A stretch of 63,774 nt of DNA, filler included, from Octopus bimaculoides (lineage: Eukaryota), in NCBI RefSeq assembly GCF_001194135.2. It is 11 parts of 11 records of this genome, joined end to end, with 100 filler letters (N's around TTAATTAATTAA, not from the genome) between each part and the next. Parts side by side here need not be neighbours in the genome. Positions count along the whole stretch, not along the records: positions 1 to 31,900 come from NC_068984.1; 10 more parts are not named here. One strand, 5' to 3'. The notes below the pieces were generated by a model, which had not been told where the DNA came from, searched no databases, and saw only the letters and a program-made list of their open reading frames with translations. Position numbers and translations under genes: made by a program. Within the stretch, counting starts at the first letter, position 1. Each line of letters begins with the position of its first letter. Positions 11,750 to 22,758 of this stretch are shown in pieces.

Positions 11750-12933
11750 CCTCAGAGTCGAATCCACAATTTCCCCCTAGCCATACGGCCAATTGTTCTG
11801 CACGGCCAAACTGCTGAATCAACCTGTACCAAAATTTGACATGAAGGTTTTTCATCACTCGGGGAAGGTTCTAGCGAGTGGGGGGGGGGGGGGGGGGGGA
11901 GGTCACTAAATTTTAAACTTTTTTTCAAAAACAGAAATATGTTTTACATATCTGTCGTACACGTCGGTTTTGTTTTCTCGCTTTAAAGGTAAACGATTCT
12001 GATAGAAGCAAACACGATATTGAATAATTCTCCGTCATACGTTAACGACCCCACCTCTTTTTAAGATAAACGCTTTTTTAATTGTGATAATGAAACAAGA
12101 GGTTTAGTCCTTACTGCCAAAATTCATTTCTCTTGGGAAATATAAGGGTGACGATGTCTTCATTCCACGGATTCCATTAAACCCATCTGACCTCCCCTAT
12201 GAATTTAAACGGCTCCAGTTCCCAGTGAAACTATGTTTTGCTATGTCCATAAACAAATCTCAAGCACAATCTCTCAACGTTGTTCGACTTAACCTTGCTT
12301 CTCCTTGTTTCTCTCATGGGCAATCATATGTAGGATGTTAGCGTGTTGGAAGTCCCAAAACTCTTTTTCTTAGTACGCTACGTCGAGGGTTCCAGTTGAT
12401 CCGATCAACGGAACAGCCTGCTCATGAAATTAACGTGCAAGTGGCTGAGCACTCCACAGACACGTGCGGTATTCAGCGTGACACAGTGTGACAAGGCTGA
12501 CCCTTTGAATTACAGGCACAACAGAAACAGGAAGTAAGAGTGAGAGAAAGTTGTGGTGGAAGAGTACAGCAGGGTTCGCCACCACCCCCTGCCGGAGCCT
12601 CGTGGAGTGTTTTCGCTCAATAAACACTCACAACGCCCGGTCTGGGAATCGAAACCGCGATCCTATGACCGCGAGTCCGCTGCCCTAACCACTGGGCCAT
12701 TGCGCCTCCACCTTTTCTTTGTACACCAATTAAAGGACACACTGAGAACATTGAATATTTAGAAGTTCTACAAAATTAAACTGTGATTGATTTCAGGATT
12801 TGTTTTAATAACTTTGTTTATACTCACGTCATCTCATAGCATTTTTCTGAAAATATCTCTTTTATCAGAATAAATATATTTATTTCCTTTAACATTCTTT
12901 AAACTTCCGAGCAACGCCGGGTACTTAGGCTAG
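11750..12933 (+). mobile_element. Non-autonomous Helitron-like element (3' terminus clear, 5' end uncertain) with a nested SINE A
   Basis: GC-rich hairpin CCGAGCAACGCCGG (12907-12920) followed by CTAG (12930-12933) then T. Internal segments are duplicated at 11151-11275. Confidence 0.55.
12379..12706 (-). mobile_element. SINE family A copy with internal deletions
   Basis: High identity to the reverse complement of 6686-7058; CpGs retained. Confidence 0.9.
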
Positions 12934-13269
12934 TATATCTATTTAAATAAAAAGGAAACTGAGGAAAACTTCTAACAATGCAGAGATGAATGTTAAAGTT
13001 TTACATATTTCAGACGCAGATGCCCTTCTTCTGAAAAAAAATGTGTGTCTACGTAGATCCTGCCATTTGGATAACCAGTGCTTGTGCTAATAAACAGCAG
13101 CTTTCCAAATGATGGTGTTGTAAGTGTCGTAGCTGTCACACTGGTGGCGGTGGTGGAGGCGGTGACGGACAGGGCAACAATACCAATCATCGTCGTAGTG
13201 ATGATGATGCTGGTTATGGTTGCAGCGATGTAGTGGGGCTGAGGTGTGTTAATTTATAGGCGCCACCAG

Positions 13270-13487
13270 CTCGACTCCGATCGACTACTGATGTTCGGGT
13301 TAAGTCGATGGATCAGTAAGAATTCCTTGAATTGGAGATATCCTGTATCCCTCTCCTACTGCTGAGTAGGTTCTAACAGCGTAAAATGAAGTATTTTGCT
13401 TCAGAACACAACACAGCGCCCGGCCCGCGTATAGAAACCCCGATCTTGCAATCATAGTGCAACACCCTAACCATTCAGCCACGCATC
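13270..13487 (-). mobile_element. SINE family D-like copy
   Basis: AAATGAAGTATTTTGCT-CAGAACACAAC...AACCATTCAGCCACGC, similar to 8275-8382. Confidence 0.65.
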
Positions 13488-14234
13488 TTCACTCTTTTTT
13501 TCCTTTTCTTTCTTTTTATTTCCCCCTTTCTTTCTCTCTCTCTCTCTCTCTCTCTCTTGTTTATAGTAGTACTAGTAAAAAGAAACGTTGCTGTGGAGTT
13601 GTAATCTCCGGACTACTCACCGTACTGTCAAAATCACACTCATTCCCAACTGCATTGTCTTCATTCTATCTTTAATTAATTTTAATTAATTAAAATTTCT
13701 ATATTGTAACCCAGCTTTTCTGAACAACAATTAATCGTTCCCATCACAGGTGTAATTTGAATTAATCAAATTCATTAACTCACAACATTAAGTATACATA
13801 TGCATATAATATATACATCTACATATAATATAGGAATACCTACATACGTACATATATACATACATGCGTGTATGTGTATGCGTGTGATTTTCTTTGGGAT
13901 TTTTTTTTTTTTTTTTTTTTTTGCAGAATTCAAACTGGTCATTAATAGAGTAACAAAGTTCTTTTGTTTAAGTTAAGACACCTCCTGGAGTTTGTGGTTA
14001 TGTAAATTGGTTAGTACGTGCGTATATGTATGTATGTAAGGATAAACTTGCGCTCGTGTTGCAGCCGTGTATGTCATTTTAAAGTGTGCGTACTTCATTG
14101 AAGATTATGTGTGTGTTTATGGAAGTTCGATATAAGCATATGATTGTGTTTTTGAGGTCCTATTCAACCCAGGACCTCAAAATTGTGATTCCTTAAAAAT
14201 TTTACAAATTTTCTCAGAGCCTTTAATTGATAAT

Positions 14235-14422
14235 ATTGGTTTCAAGTTTTGACACAAGGTCAGCAATTTCGGTGTGCGTGTGTGTGTGTGTGTGGGGGGG
14301 AATTAAGCTGATTACATCAACTTCCACTACACAACTGGTACTTATTCACAGGACGTGAAGACAGGCGAAATGCAGCTAAGCATGTTGCCCTGCGCGCTAG
14401 CGAGTCTGCTAGCTTACCGCCT
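14235..14422 (-). mobile_element. SINE family B, degraded
   Basis: GATTACATC...ACTGGTACTTATT...GACAGGCGAAATGC-GCTAAGCAT...CTTACCGCC matches the family B reverse complement. Confidence 0.6.
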
Positions 14423-14429
14423 CCCTGTA

Positions 14430-15100
14430 ATTGATAATATTTAGAAAATGTGATTTAGCTTGCTTTGTTCTTTCTTTGCAAACTCGAGCATTTCTAAGCA
14501 AATCTTTTGTTATATAACCCAGTGTCAGATACAAATATAAGTCTATAGACTGGATAAAGAGCTGTCCGTCAACCTTACATTAGCTCTCCAAAAAATGTTT
14601 TCTATTTCCTCAATTTTTGACGAAACATTCGCATTCGCCGAGCAGCTTATCTCTGCAATGGTACAGTAGTTATGCGTCCTATCCCATATAACAATATCTG
14701 GCCTGCTGTGTTTATACCGAGTAGATGCTTTTATTGAAATGTTATTCCCTTGTTCTGTATTTTTAAAGGTGTGGGTACATTCTGGTTCTGGCGTGCCTTT
14801 GGTATGGCAGTCCGGACAACATAAAATTGTTGATGGTTTTAGCAACAGTATCATGTTTCAGGAAAGGTAGTATTTTAGTGACATTTCTGGACAGAAGGTG
14901 ATGAACTAAGAGATAACTTCCACACGGCTACGACGCAATCAACATTTTTTATCACAGCGTAGAGGTCTAGAAACACTCTCTTGTTGATGAGAAATTTAAG
15001 GGTTATCTCCAGTTCCTGGATAGTGAAGATGTAGAGTTCCAAGTGATATTCGATGTATCTATTACAAGACCAGGAGAAGTTGCTGTTCTCGTCATTGTTG
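14430..15100 (-). mobile_element. RLE-type (R4/Dong/NeSL-like) non-LTR retrotransposon C-terminus: zinc knuckle and restriction-like endonuclease
   Basis: Minus strand reads ...[18 protein letters not shown], then KHSRPDIVIWD...CTIAEISCSANANV..KIEE.ENI...LYPVYR, the PD-(D/E)xK RLE signature; frameshifted. Confidence 0.8.
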
Positions 15101-15147
15101 TTGGTGTATCTATGCGTGTGTATGCGCGCATGTATGTGTGTATTTTG

Positions 15148-15150
15148 ATT

Positions 15151-15197
<47 letters not shown>

Positions 15198-15293
15198 TGA
15201 TAGATAGACAGATTGATAGATAGACAGATTGATAGATAGACAGATTGATAGATAGACAGATTGATAGATAGACAGATAGATAGACAGACAGAC

Positions 15294-15330
<37 letters not shown>
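15148..15330. repeat. (GATA)n compound microsatellite
   Basis: Direct reading; similar arrays at 9934-9995, 58571-58630 and 61941-62040. Confidence 0.95.
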
Positions 15331-15589
15331 TTCTCACATACATGTATCCTTACATATATGCATACGCGTTTGTCTAAAAAGAAACTAAACTTGAAAAGAA
15401 ATTCATTGCTTTAGTTACTGGAACGCGTTTTCATGACTTGTGTGTAGTTCTCAGAGCGGATTTTCTTCTATCCTCTGAAATCAACTTAATCCCCGCCACA
15501 CACACACACACGCCGAAATTGCTGACCTTGTGTCAAAACTATGGATATAAAGAAGAAAACAAAACTTCGATAAGGCCAAAACAGGGGAG

Positions 15590-15800
15590 AGTAGTTAGTG
15601 TTTTTCTTCCACCACCGTTTGTCAACCGGTGCTGGTTTGTTTACATCCTCGCAACTTAGTCGTTCAGCTCCGTTAGAATAAATACCAGACTCTCAAAAAA
15701 ATAAATGGAGGGTCGATCTGTTCAACTAAACTCTTCAAAGCGGTGCCACAACGTGACCGCAGTCCAAAGACTGGAACAAATAAGAGAATACATAAAAGAA
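15590..15800 (+). mobile_element. SINE family C 3' half, degraded
   Basis: CAACCGGTGCTGGT-TGTTTACATCC...GGGTCGATCTGTTCAACTAAA...AAAAGAATA tail. Confidence 0.6.
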
Positions 15801-15852
15801 TATCTCACAGGTATTTGCAAATATGTTGACAAGCAAGAAACCCGACACATTT

Positions 15853-16009
15853 CAGGCGTGGTCCCAGGAATTTTTCGAAGGGAGAGCACAAGGTCAGAAG
15901 GGAATACAATTCCAGGAGAAAAGGGTGTAATAACATTACTTAGAAGGACGCACTTCTTTTCTTGAGGTGGGGGGGTGCCCTTCGGGTCCCCCTTGGACCT
16001 GCCCATGCA
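15853..16009. mobile_element. Possible PIF/Harbinger-type MITE
   Basis: Imperfect GC-rich termini CAGGCGTGGTCCCAGG and CCTTGGACCTGCCCATG with a G-run/C-run near the right end. Confidence 0.35.
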
Positions 16010-16249
16010 GTTTACCAAAGACTAGGTGTCAAAGCATTTTAATATCTATTTATTATACTAATATAAGCAGTAGAATTTATGAGATGTCAAACAGTATCTG
16101 CATTTTTGCAAATAAGGAAGCAACATAAAAGATTTTACATTCCATATAAACTTACATCTCCAATACAAATTTGATAATTAAACTAATTGCAAGTAAAGGT
16201 GAACACAGACTAATCTTTTCTACTATAAATATAAAGACCGAAATTTATT

Positions 16250-16385
16250 TGGGAGACGCGGGCTAGTCGATTACATCGACCTCAGTACTCAATTACTACT
16301 TAATTCATCGACGAAAGGCACAGCCGGTCTCAGCGGAATTTTAACTGAGAATGTAAATACGGACGAAATCCCGTAAAGCACTTTG
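16250..16385 (-). mobile_element. SINE family B fragment
   Basis: AGTCGATTACATCGACC-CAGT...GGACGAAAT matches the family B reverse complement. Confidence 0.65.
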
Positions 16386-17567
16386 TTTAGTGGACAGAAA
16401 TATTGCATGTCTTACAAGGATTCTAATGGCATGAAAATTCAAGAGTTTTATCTTCAATTTTATTCAATTTAAAATCTATTGATCAATGAAAAATTAATGA
16501 CTATAACAATGTAACTTCTTAACCACTTATATTGTTAAATGATGAAAATATATTATGATGAAAATATATTATGTTCTTTAGAGACCAAATTAATTTACTA
16601 AGCCCAGTATTGTTGCGTTTATTGATATGTCTAAATATAGAATAGTGGTTAGATATTCTTTTCGACAACTGAAACGAAGAGCTGCCTATAAAAAAAAAAA
16701 ATTAAAAAAACAGACATCAGAACCGGAAGTGATTTTACATTGATAAACAGAGTTTCAAGTCTTAGAATTACTACATGTAAAAACGGAAAAGGAGAATTTG
16801 ATCAATTGTAAGTCTAAGAAAAGTTTTTTTAACTGTTTCAAGCTGGGTGGTACAAATAGAGTATCACTTATTTGTATCAGTTTAATGAGTGGTGGTACAT
16901 AATTCGTACCGAAACTTAAAATTCTTTTCGCTGCATGGTCGGTAGCTCAGAAAACGTACCACTTCAACTATCAGCCAATCAGAAGCTACCCTTACATCTG
17001 GCAACAATTTCTGCGACCCAAACGGAATATTCGTTCAGTTGAATCCCTTTTGTGCCAAAGATCAGTCGACGAAAAAACAAGAGTACAAATTTTTGTTATA
17101 AATTTGTTTATTGAAGTGAAGGTAAGAAGGTTTTTTTTAATATTTTACTTATTAAATGTAGTTAGCATAATTGTAGGTAAATTATTGAAATTTGAACGTT
17201 TATATTTAGTTAAATTGGTGGTACATTTTTAGAACTACTGAGCAGCCAAATAAGCAAACACGTGTTTGTACAATAAGGAGTGATTTAGGATTGAAGAATT
17301 AATATATATTTTTTATACTTTTATACAATATAGACGTTTGTATGAAATTGATGTTTGAAAATTTAACTTAGTTTATACGAAATGTAATTTGATATACCTA
17401 TATTTTTATTTGAAGTACCTACCTACATACCTACCTATGTGTTGCTATTTTTGAAGATGGTATGAGTCCTGTGGCTAGACGATACGTATATATTTTTAAG
17501 ATTTATGAATTTCTTATGAAATTGCGAAGTGACAACTAGTAATATTTGCTGATTTTACCCTCGCAAA

Positions 17568-17910
17568 ATGTCTCGCCACCAAAATCCATTATCTCAAAAG
17601 GAAAGAGAGGAAATTTTGTATGAAGGTATTCCTTCAGATAATGGATCAACGTGTGATGATGATGACTTAGATGAAGCTTTGGCAGAAATAATGTTCAGGA
17701 GAAAGAAACAGCAAATATAGAGTTCATGATTTATCAGAATCTGATTCAGATGATGTTCTTTAGCCTCCCTTGCAAGTAATGAAAATCAAAAATGGGCTAA
17801 GGTAAAGGTTGCGCAACCAACAATTGTTTTTACCAAACCGAGTGGTGTAACAAAAGATATCCAGGAAATTCAAGAGTCCACACCTTATGCAATATTCCGC
17901 AAGAATATTC
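17568..17910 (+). pseudogene. piggyBac-like transposase N-terminal remnant (frameshifted, truncated by an insertion)
   Basis: ATG at 17568, acidic tract (PSDNGSTCDDDDLDE...SESDSDDV), then KWAKVKV..PTIVFTKPSGV...ESTPYAIFRK, the W...F..PSG...TP..IF pattern that precedes the PGBD DDE domain. Confidence 0.6.
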
Positions 17911-18282
17911 CGTTCAGAGATTGCTTGTTTTCACTTTTTCGATATCAGTGAATAACTTCACTGGAAAAAGACTTATATATTGCCAAGGGATTGTCATTCT
18001 CATCGAAGGTCGGCGATTATCGTACGCTGAAGAAGGGAAATAACCCTGAAACTCGGGTCCGTACGTATCGCAGATCAAGATGGGAAGGATAACTTCCCTT
18101 GGCAAAAAATAGACAGGACACAGATATGTGTCGATAAGCCAGCTGGAGGAGATGTTCTCCTGGGGCTAAAAGCAACAGTAACATCCACCCTTAGGGGTCA
18201 GCCACATTTAAATGGCAAATATACTTCACTTTATCGTGCAGTTACTGTTAACACCTCGTTCAGAGATTTAACATTGATTATT
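17911..18282 (+). mobile_element. ~346-nt hammerhead-bearing non-autonomous retroelement unit, copy 1
   Basis: Direct repeat CGTTCAGAGATT at 17911-17922 and 18257-18268, then TAACATTG(ATT)n. No ORF on the ribozyme strand; near-identical copy at 18638. Confidence 0.75.
18013..18071 (+). ncRNA. Type I hammerhead ribozyme (predicted cleavage after GUC at 18059)
   Basis: Stem I CGTACG (18021-26)/CGTACG (18060-65) extended by GCGAT/ATCGC; core CTGAAGA (18027-33); stem II AGGG-AAATAA-CCCT; GAAA (18048-51); minimal stem III AC-TCGG-GT; C17 at 18059. Confidence 0.85.
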
Positions 18283-18637
18283 NNNNNNNNNNNNNNNNNN
18301 NNNNNNNNNNNNNNNNNNNNNNNNNNNNNNNNNNNNNNNNNNNNNNNNNNNNNNNNNNNNNNNNNNNNNNNNNNNNNNNNNNNNNNNNNNNNNNNNNNNN
18401 NNNNNNNNNNNNNNNNNNNNNNNNNNNNNNNNNNNNNNNNNNNNNNNNNNNNNNNNNNNNNNNNNNNNNNNNNNNNNNNNNNNNNNNNNNNNNNNNNNNN
18501 NNNNNNNNNNNNNNNNNNNNNNNNNNNNNNNNNNNNNNNNNNNNNNNNNNNNNNNNNNNNNNNNNNNNNNNNNNNNNNNNNNNNNNNNNNNNNNNNNNNN
18601 NNNNNNNNNNNNNNNNNNNNNNNNNNNNNNNNNNNNN

Positions 18638-19018
18638 GATTGCTTGTTTTCACTTTTTCGATATCAGTGAATAACTTCACTGGAAAAAGACTTATATATT
18701 GCCAAGGGATTGTCATTCTCATCGAAGGTCGGCGATTATCGTACGCTGTAGAAGGGAAATAACCCTGAAACTCGGGTCCGTACGTATCGCAGATCAAGAT
18801 GGGAAGGATAACTTCCCTTGGCAAAAAATAGACAGGACACAGATATGTGTCGATAAGCCAGCTGGAGGAGATGTTCTCCTGGGGCTAAAAGCAACAGTAA
18901 CATCCACCCTTAGGGGTCAGCCACATTTAAATGGCAAATATACTTCACTTTATCGTGCAGTTACTGTTAACACCTCGTTCAGAGATTTAACATTGATTAT
19001 TATTATTATTATTATTAT
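18638..19018 (+). mobile_element. Hammerhead-bearing unit, copy 2 (core variant CTGTAGA), ending in (ATT)n
   Basis: Three differences from copy 1 seen over ~360 bp. Hammerhead fold at 18732-18790 has T in place of conserved A6. Confidence 0.75.
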
Positions 19019-22000
19019 ACTTAAATTCTCCTTCTACCTTTTCATATCCTCTGTATCCCATTTTTCCTTCTTTTCTTTTCCTAACTTCTCTTCTCACCTT
19101 CTTCATTCTCTTCCTTTTAGCCATTTTTAGACGTATTCTTCCAATTTTATTTTTTTTTTTTTGGTGGGGGGATATTTTCAAATTTTCTAACAATAAAGGG
19201 AATCAAATTATTTTATCTATGAAGAGTTATTGCCTCTTCCCATGGTCATATCCCAACATGCAGCAACTGGAAGTTGTACATACATATATGCATACACGCA
19301 TACTGACATACACTCACATACATACACAAATACACAGGCGCATATACATCTTCAAATGATCCAGTTTGAGCTTGATCAAGTAAATTATCTGATGAGTGTC
19401 TAATTAATTGTTTAATTACGCAGGAAACTCATAATAACAAGGCATATTATTTAATAATTAGTATTACTTTATATCTGTATGCGCGCGCTCATGTATGTTT
19501 ATCTTTCGCCAACGTATATCGGCAAAATATATAAATATCAGTTTGGAGACAGTGACAAACTGATGGGAGAATACTTTCCTCGCTGGTGGTCGTCTGCTAG
19601 TGTTGAAAAATTTTATCTAAAACTGTTGGGTAAAATACTTATAATTTATCGTTTCAAAACCATGTCCGCACGCCCAAGATGTAGCTGGTGGCCATTTCTT
19701 TCAGCCCGGTCATGCTTATATTGCAGCTAATTATATCAGGTAGTTTTTCATGAAATTCGTAACTTTTAGTTTTCATCTATAATTTATTTATTGTTTATTT
19801 TTATTTCAGTTGTATCTCTCACACACATTTTTTTTTTTTGCCGTTAATTTCCTAAGTTGGCTTTTTATTTCGTCCACACAACTGGGGCACAATTCCAAGC
19901 TCAATGTTAAAGAACAATACAATAAAATTGATAAAGTATTGTCAACGAAAAAACTAGTTCTCACTATGTTAAATTCAGACAGGCGTTAGAAATCGGGTGT
20001 CGTTTGTTACAATTAGAAAAGCAATCGCTTCAAATACCACCAGAAAAATTCTGTATGTGTACGAATTCGGAAAAGACTGCGGTAGGTTAGTAATTTGGTT
20101 CTGTTAGACATAATGCCATCCCACCACTGTTGAATGGGATAATGCTGTAAAGAAATAGAATGAAAATTACACAAACTGGGGTCGTTTTCTTTTCCTTTTT
20201 CTTCCTTTTACTTTGCTGAAGTGTTGCTCGAAAGAAAAAAAAATCTTTTTTATCGTCTGTGCCTGATTTCAGCTTTATTTACGGCAGTCAAATAGTCAAA
20301 TAGAATAGAATAAGGTGTAAAAATAGGGTTAAAGAGAGAGGCAGAAAGACAAACGGAAAGAAAGATATAAAATACACAATCAAAGAGGGAGGGATAGAGA
20401 GAGAGAGAGAGAATAATACGAAGAATGAAGAAAGATGGTGTGAGTAACAAAAAAAAACACAAAACAAAAAACGAGAGAATGTGAGATAAAGGGGCGGGAC
20501 AAGAAGAAATAGGATAAAATATGCATGTGGAAGAATGATTAATGATTACGAGAATATAGTGATTCAAGAGATTCTAGTTCTAATTGCCTTCTCCGGGAGC
20601 GTGGGTTCATTTGAATCAAGCATCGCAAGCTAATGATATTTTAGGGAAAAAAAACCGCTTGGTATTAATGCTCTGGCCTTGCTGCTTTTGAAAGTGAGTT
20701 GTACTTTTCACTAAGACAATTGGGCTTCTTAGGATTGAGTATCTATATCTAGTCGCAGTACAACGCAGATGAAGTCAATCGAACGAACCAGAAACCTTTG
20801 GTTGGGTAGTTGTTAACTGAAAAATCTTTAGGGTTTAGACATGCAGATGGCAGTTGAGTAACTTAATCTGTGCCAACTAACCTTGTACGTTTTCTCAATA
20901 AAGATTATTCAATACTTCTTATGTCATTACTGCGATAAGTACGGTAAAAGGCTGTATTTCGCAGATGTTGCTATAACAAAGACGAAACATGCTAGAAGTT
21001 ATCATCCATACTTTCCCAAAAACTAAAAGATACATTTTTTAATGGCTAGTATATTTTTTTATCTCGCCACAGTAACTACTACTTTGCTTTTTAATGATAC
21101 TCTATATTAAATGCGAACTAATATTTTTCATACACATGGCGTCTCTGAATATATTATTCTCTTAGGAATTCTGATTTTTTACGCTATAAATGTACAGTTT
21201 TGTACATTTATTTATTTAACCTTCTTCGACAAATACGAAGAGGGTTATCTTTCGTTGATGAAATCATGAGTCTGAACTATATTTGGAGTCGCCTCCCGTA
21301 CTTGTCGAAAAATGAAAATAATATTCACCATTGATTAGCTTAGTTTTCTATTCCTCGCAAGTAATTTTATCTTATTTCTTGTTTAGCGGTCCTTAATTTA
21401 CTTATTTTAACATTAATTTAACTACATAAGTATTGATTCGGGTTAAGAAAAAGGATGATAAATATTGTGGAGAGAAAGCACTGTGATCTACAATAGAATA
21501 CTTTTTCACGTCTGTAGCTGCACAGCCGAACATCTAGGACGCCTAAGACGACCATCCATGCCCAGTTCGATGATGCTCACTTCAGCTTCTGGTTCAGTGA
21601 CTGCCTGTCATCTAATTCTGTCTTTTCCACTGCTACTACAGCGACCTCTGCTCTTTGCAAGAAGCTGATATGTTCCACCTTTACCCAGTCCGACACAATT
21701 CATTCGAAGATGAATATTCTTTCTCTGATGACGGTCTAATAAGATAACAAGCTGACCAGATTGATCCTACGTGCACTGTACTTCTATGTATCGATGGCAG
21801 TGAGATTTGGCTTGTATGCAGCGAGCGGACAGCTATCACTGAAGAGACGCAACACGACGAAATAAAATGATCTGGCAGTTCAGCCGACCATAGCTGACGA
21901 TTCTCATCTGTCAACAATATCAACATGTGTGCTTTTATACACCTTGCGTCCATATGCACAGTATTCGGTGTTATAACAGAACATCCAAGTTAAGTTCGAT

Positions 22001-22075
22001 CTAAAAATACATACATACATACATTTATTAATACACACATATTTACATGCCTACATATATTCATATCTATGTGTG

Positions 22076-22110
<35 letters not shown>

Positions 22111-22758
22111 TATATACATACATACATACAAGAAGAGAGGGTGAGGAGAGAGAGTAGTGAGGAGATAGATAGACAAACAGATCGTTCATGTTGTACTCGT
22201 TAACATTCATTTATCAATATATATTTATATAGACACAGACAAAAACATATTCACAAATAATTATATCTATTCACATACAAAAATATGATATTTTCATGTC
22301 TTCAGCATTGAATATGCAATATGAACAAAACCAAAGAAAGAGATTATTGCTAAATTTTAGTGTTGACGAATACCTAGTTTTTTTTTTAGTTTTTTTATTT
22401 TTATTTTCTTCCTCTTCAGTATATGAGAATTTTTCAGGGTATAATGAATCCATTATAAGGAAAGGATACTATTTTAGCTAGTTTGTAGTTGAAAATTCTA
22501 CCACAGATATCATTGGAAATACCTGCCAGCAATCGCTAATAGAAATAGTTTGTTAAAAATTGCAAGACAATCTTTAAAAGATGAGATACTTTTCTGACAG
22601 GCAAAAAGTACATCTTCTGGAACCGGGGATGCGTGTTCTATTACGAAGCAATGGATTTTATAATTCTTACTTAATGTACCAAATACCAGTGAATCCAAAA
22701 TCTATTTAGGTTATCCTGAAAACCCCACTGAAAAAGGATTATCTTAACTTATATATAT

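Noticed and set aside
12993-13230. Thr-rich or Gly/Val-rich short ORFs
   Set aside because: Low-complexity GGT/GAT tract with no splice signals or recognisable domain.
19385-19435. CTGATGAG...GGAAAC motif
   Set aside because: Stem II does not close next to GAAA; the segment is better explained as an ATGAGT/ACTCAT hairpin.
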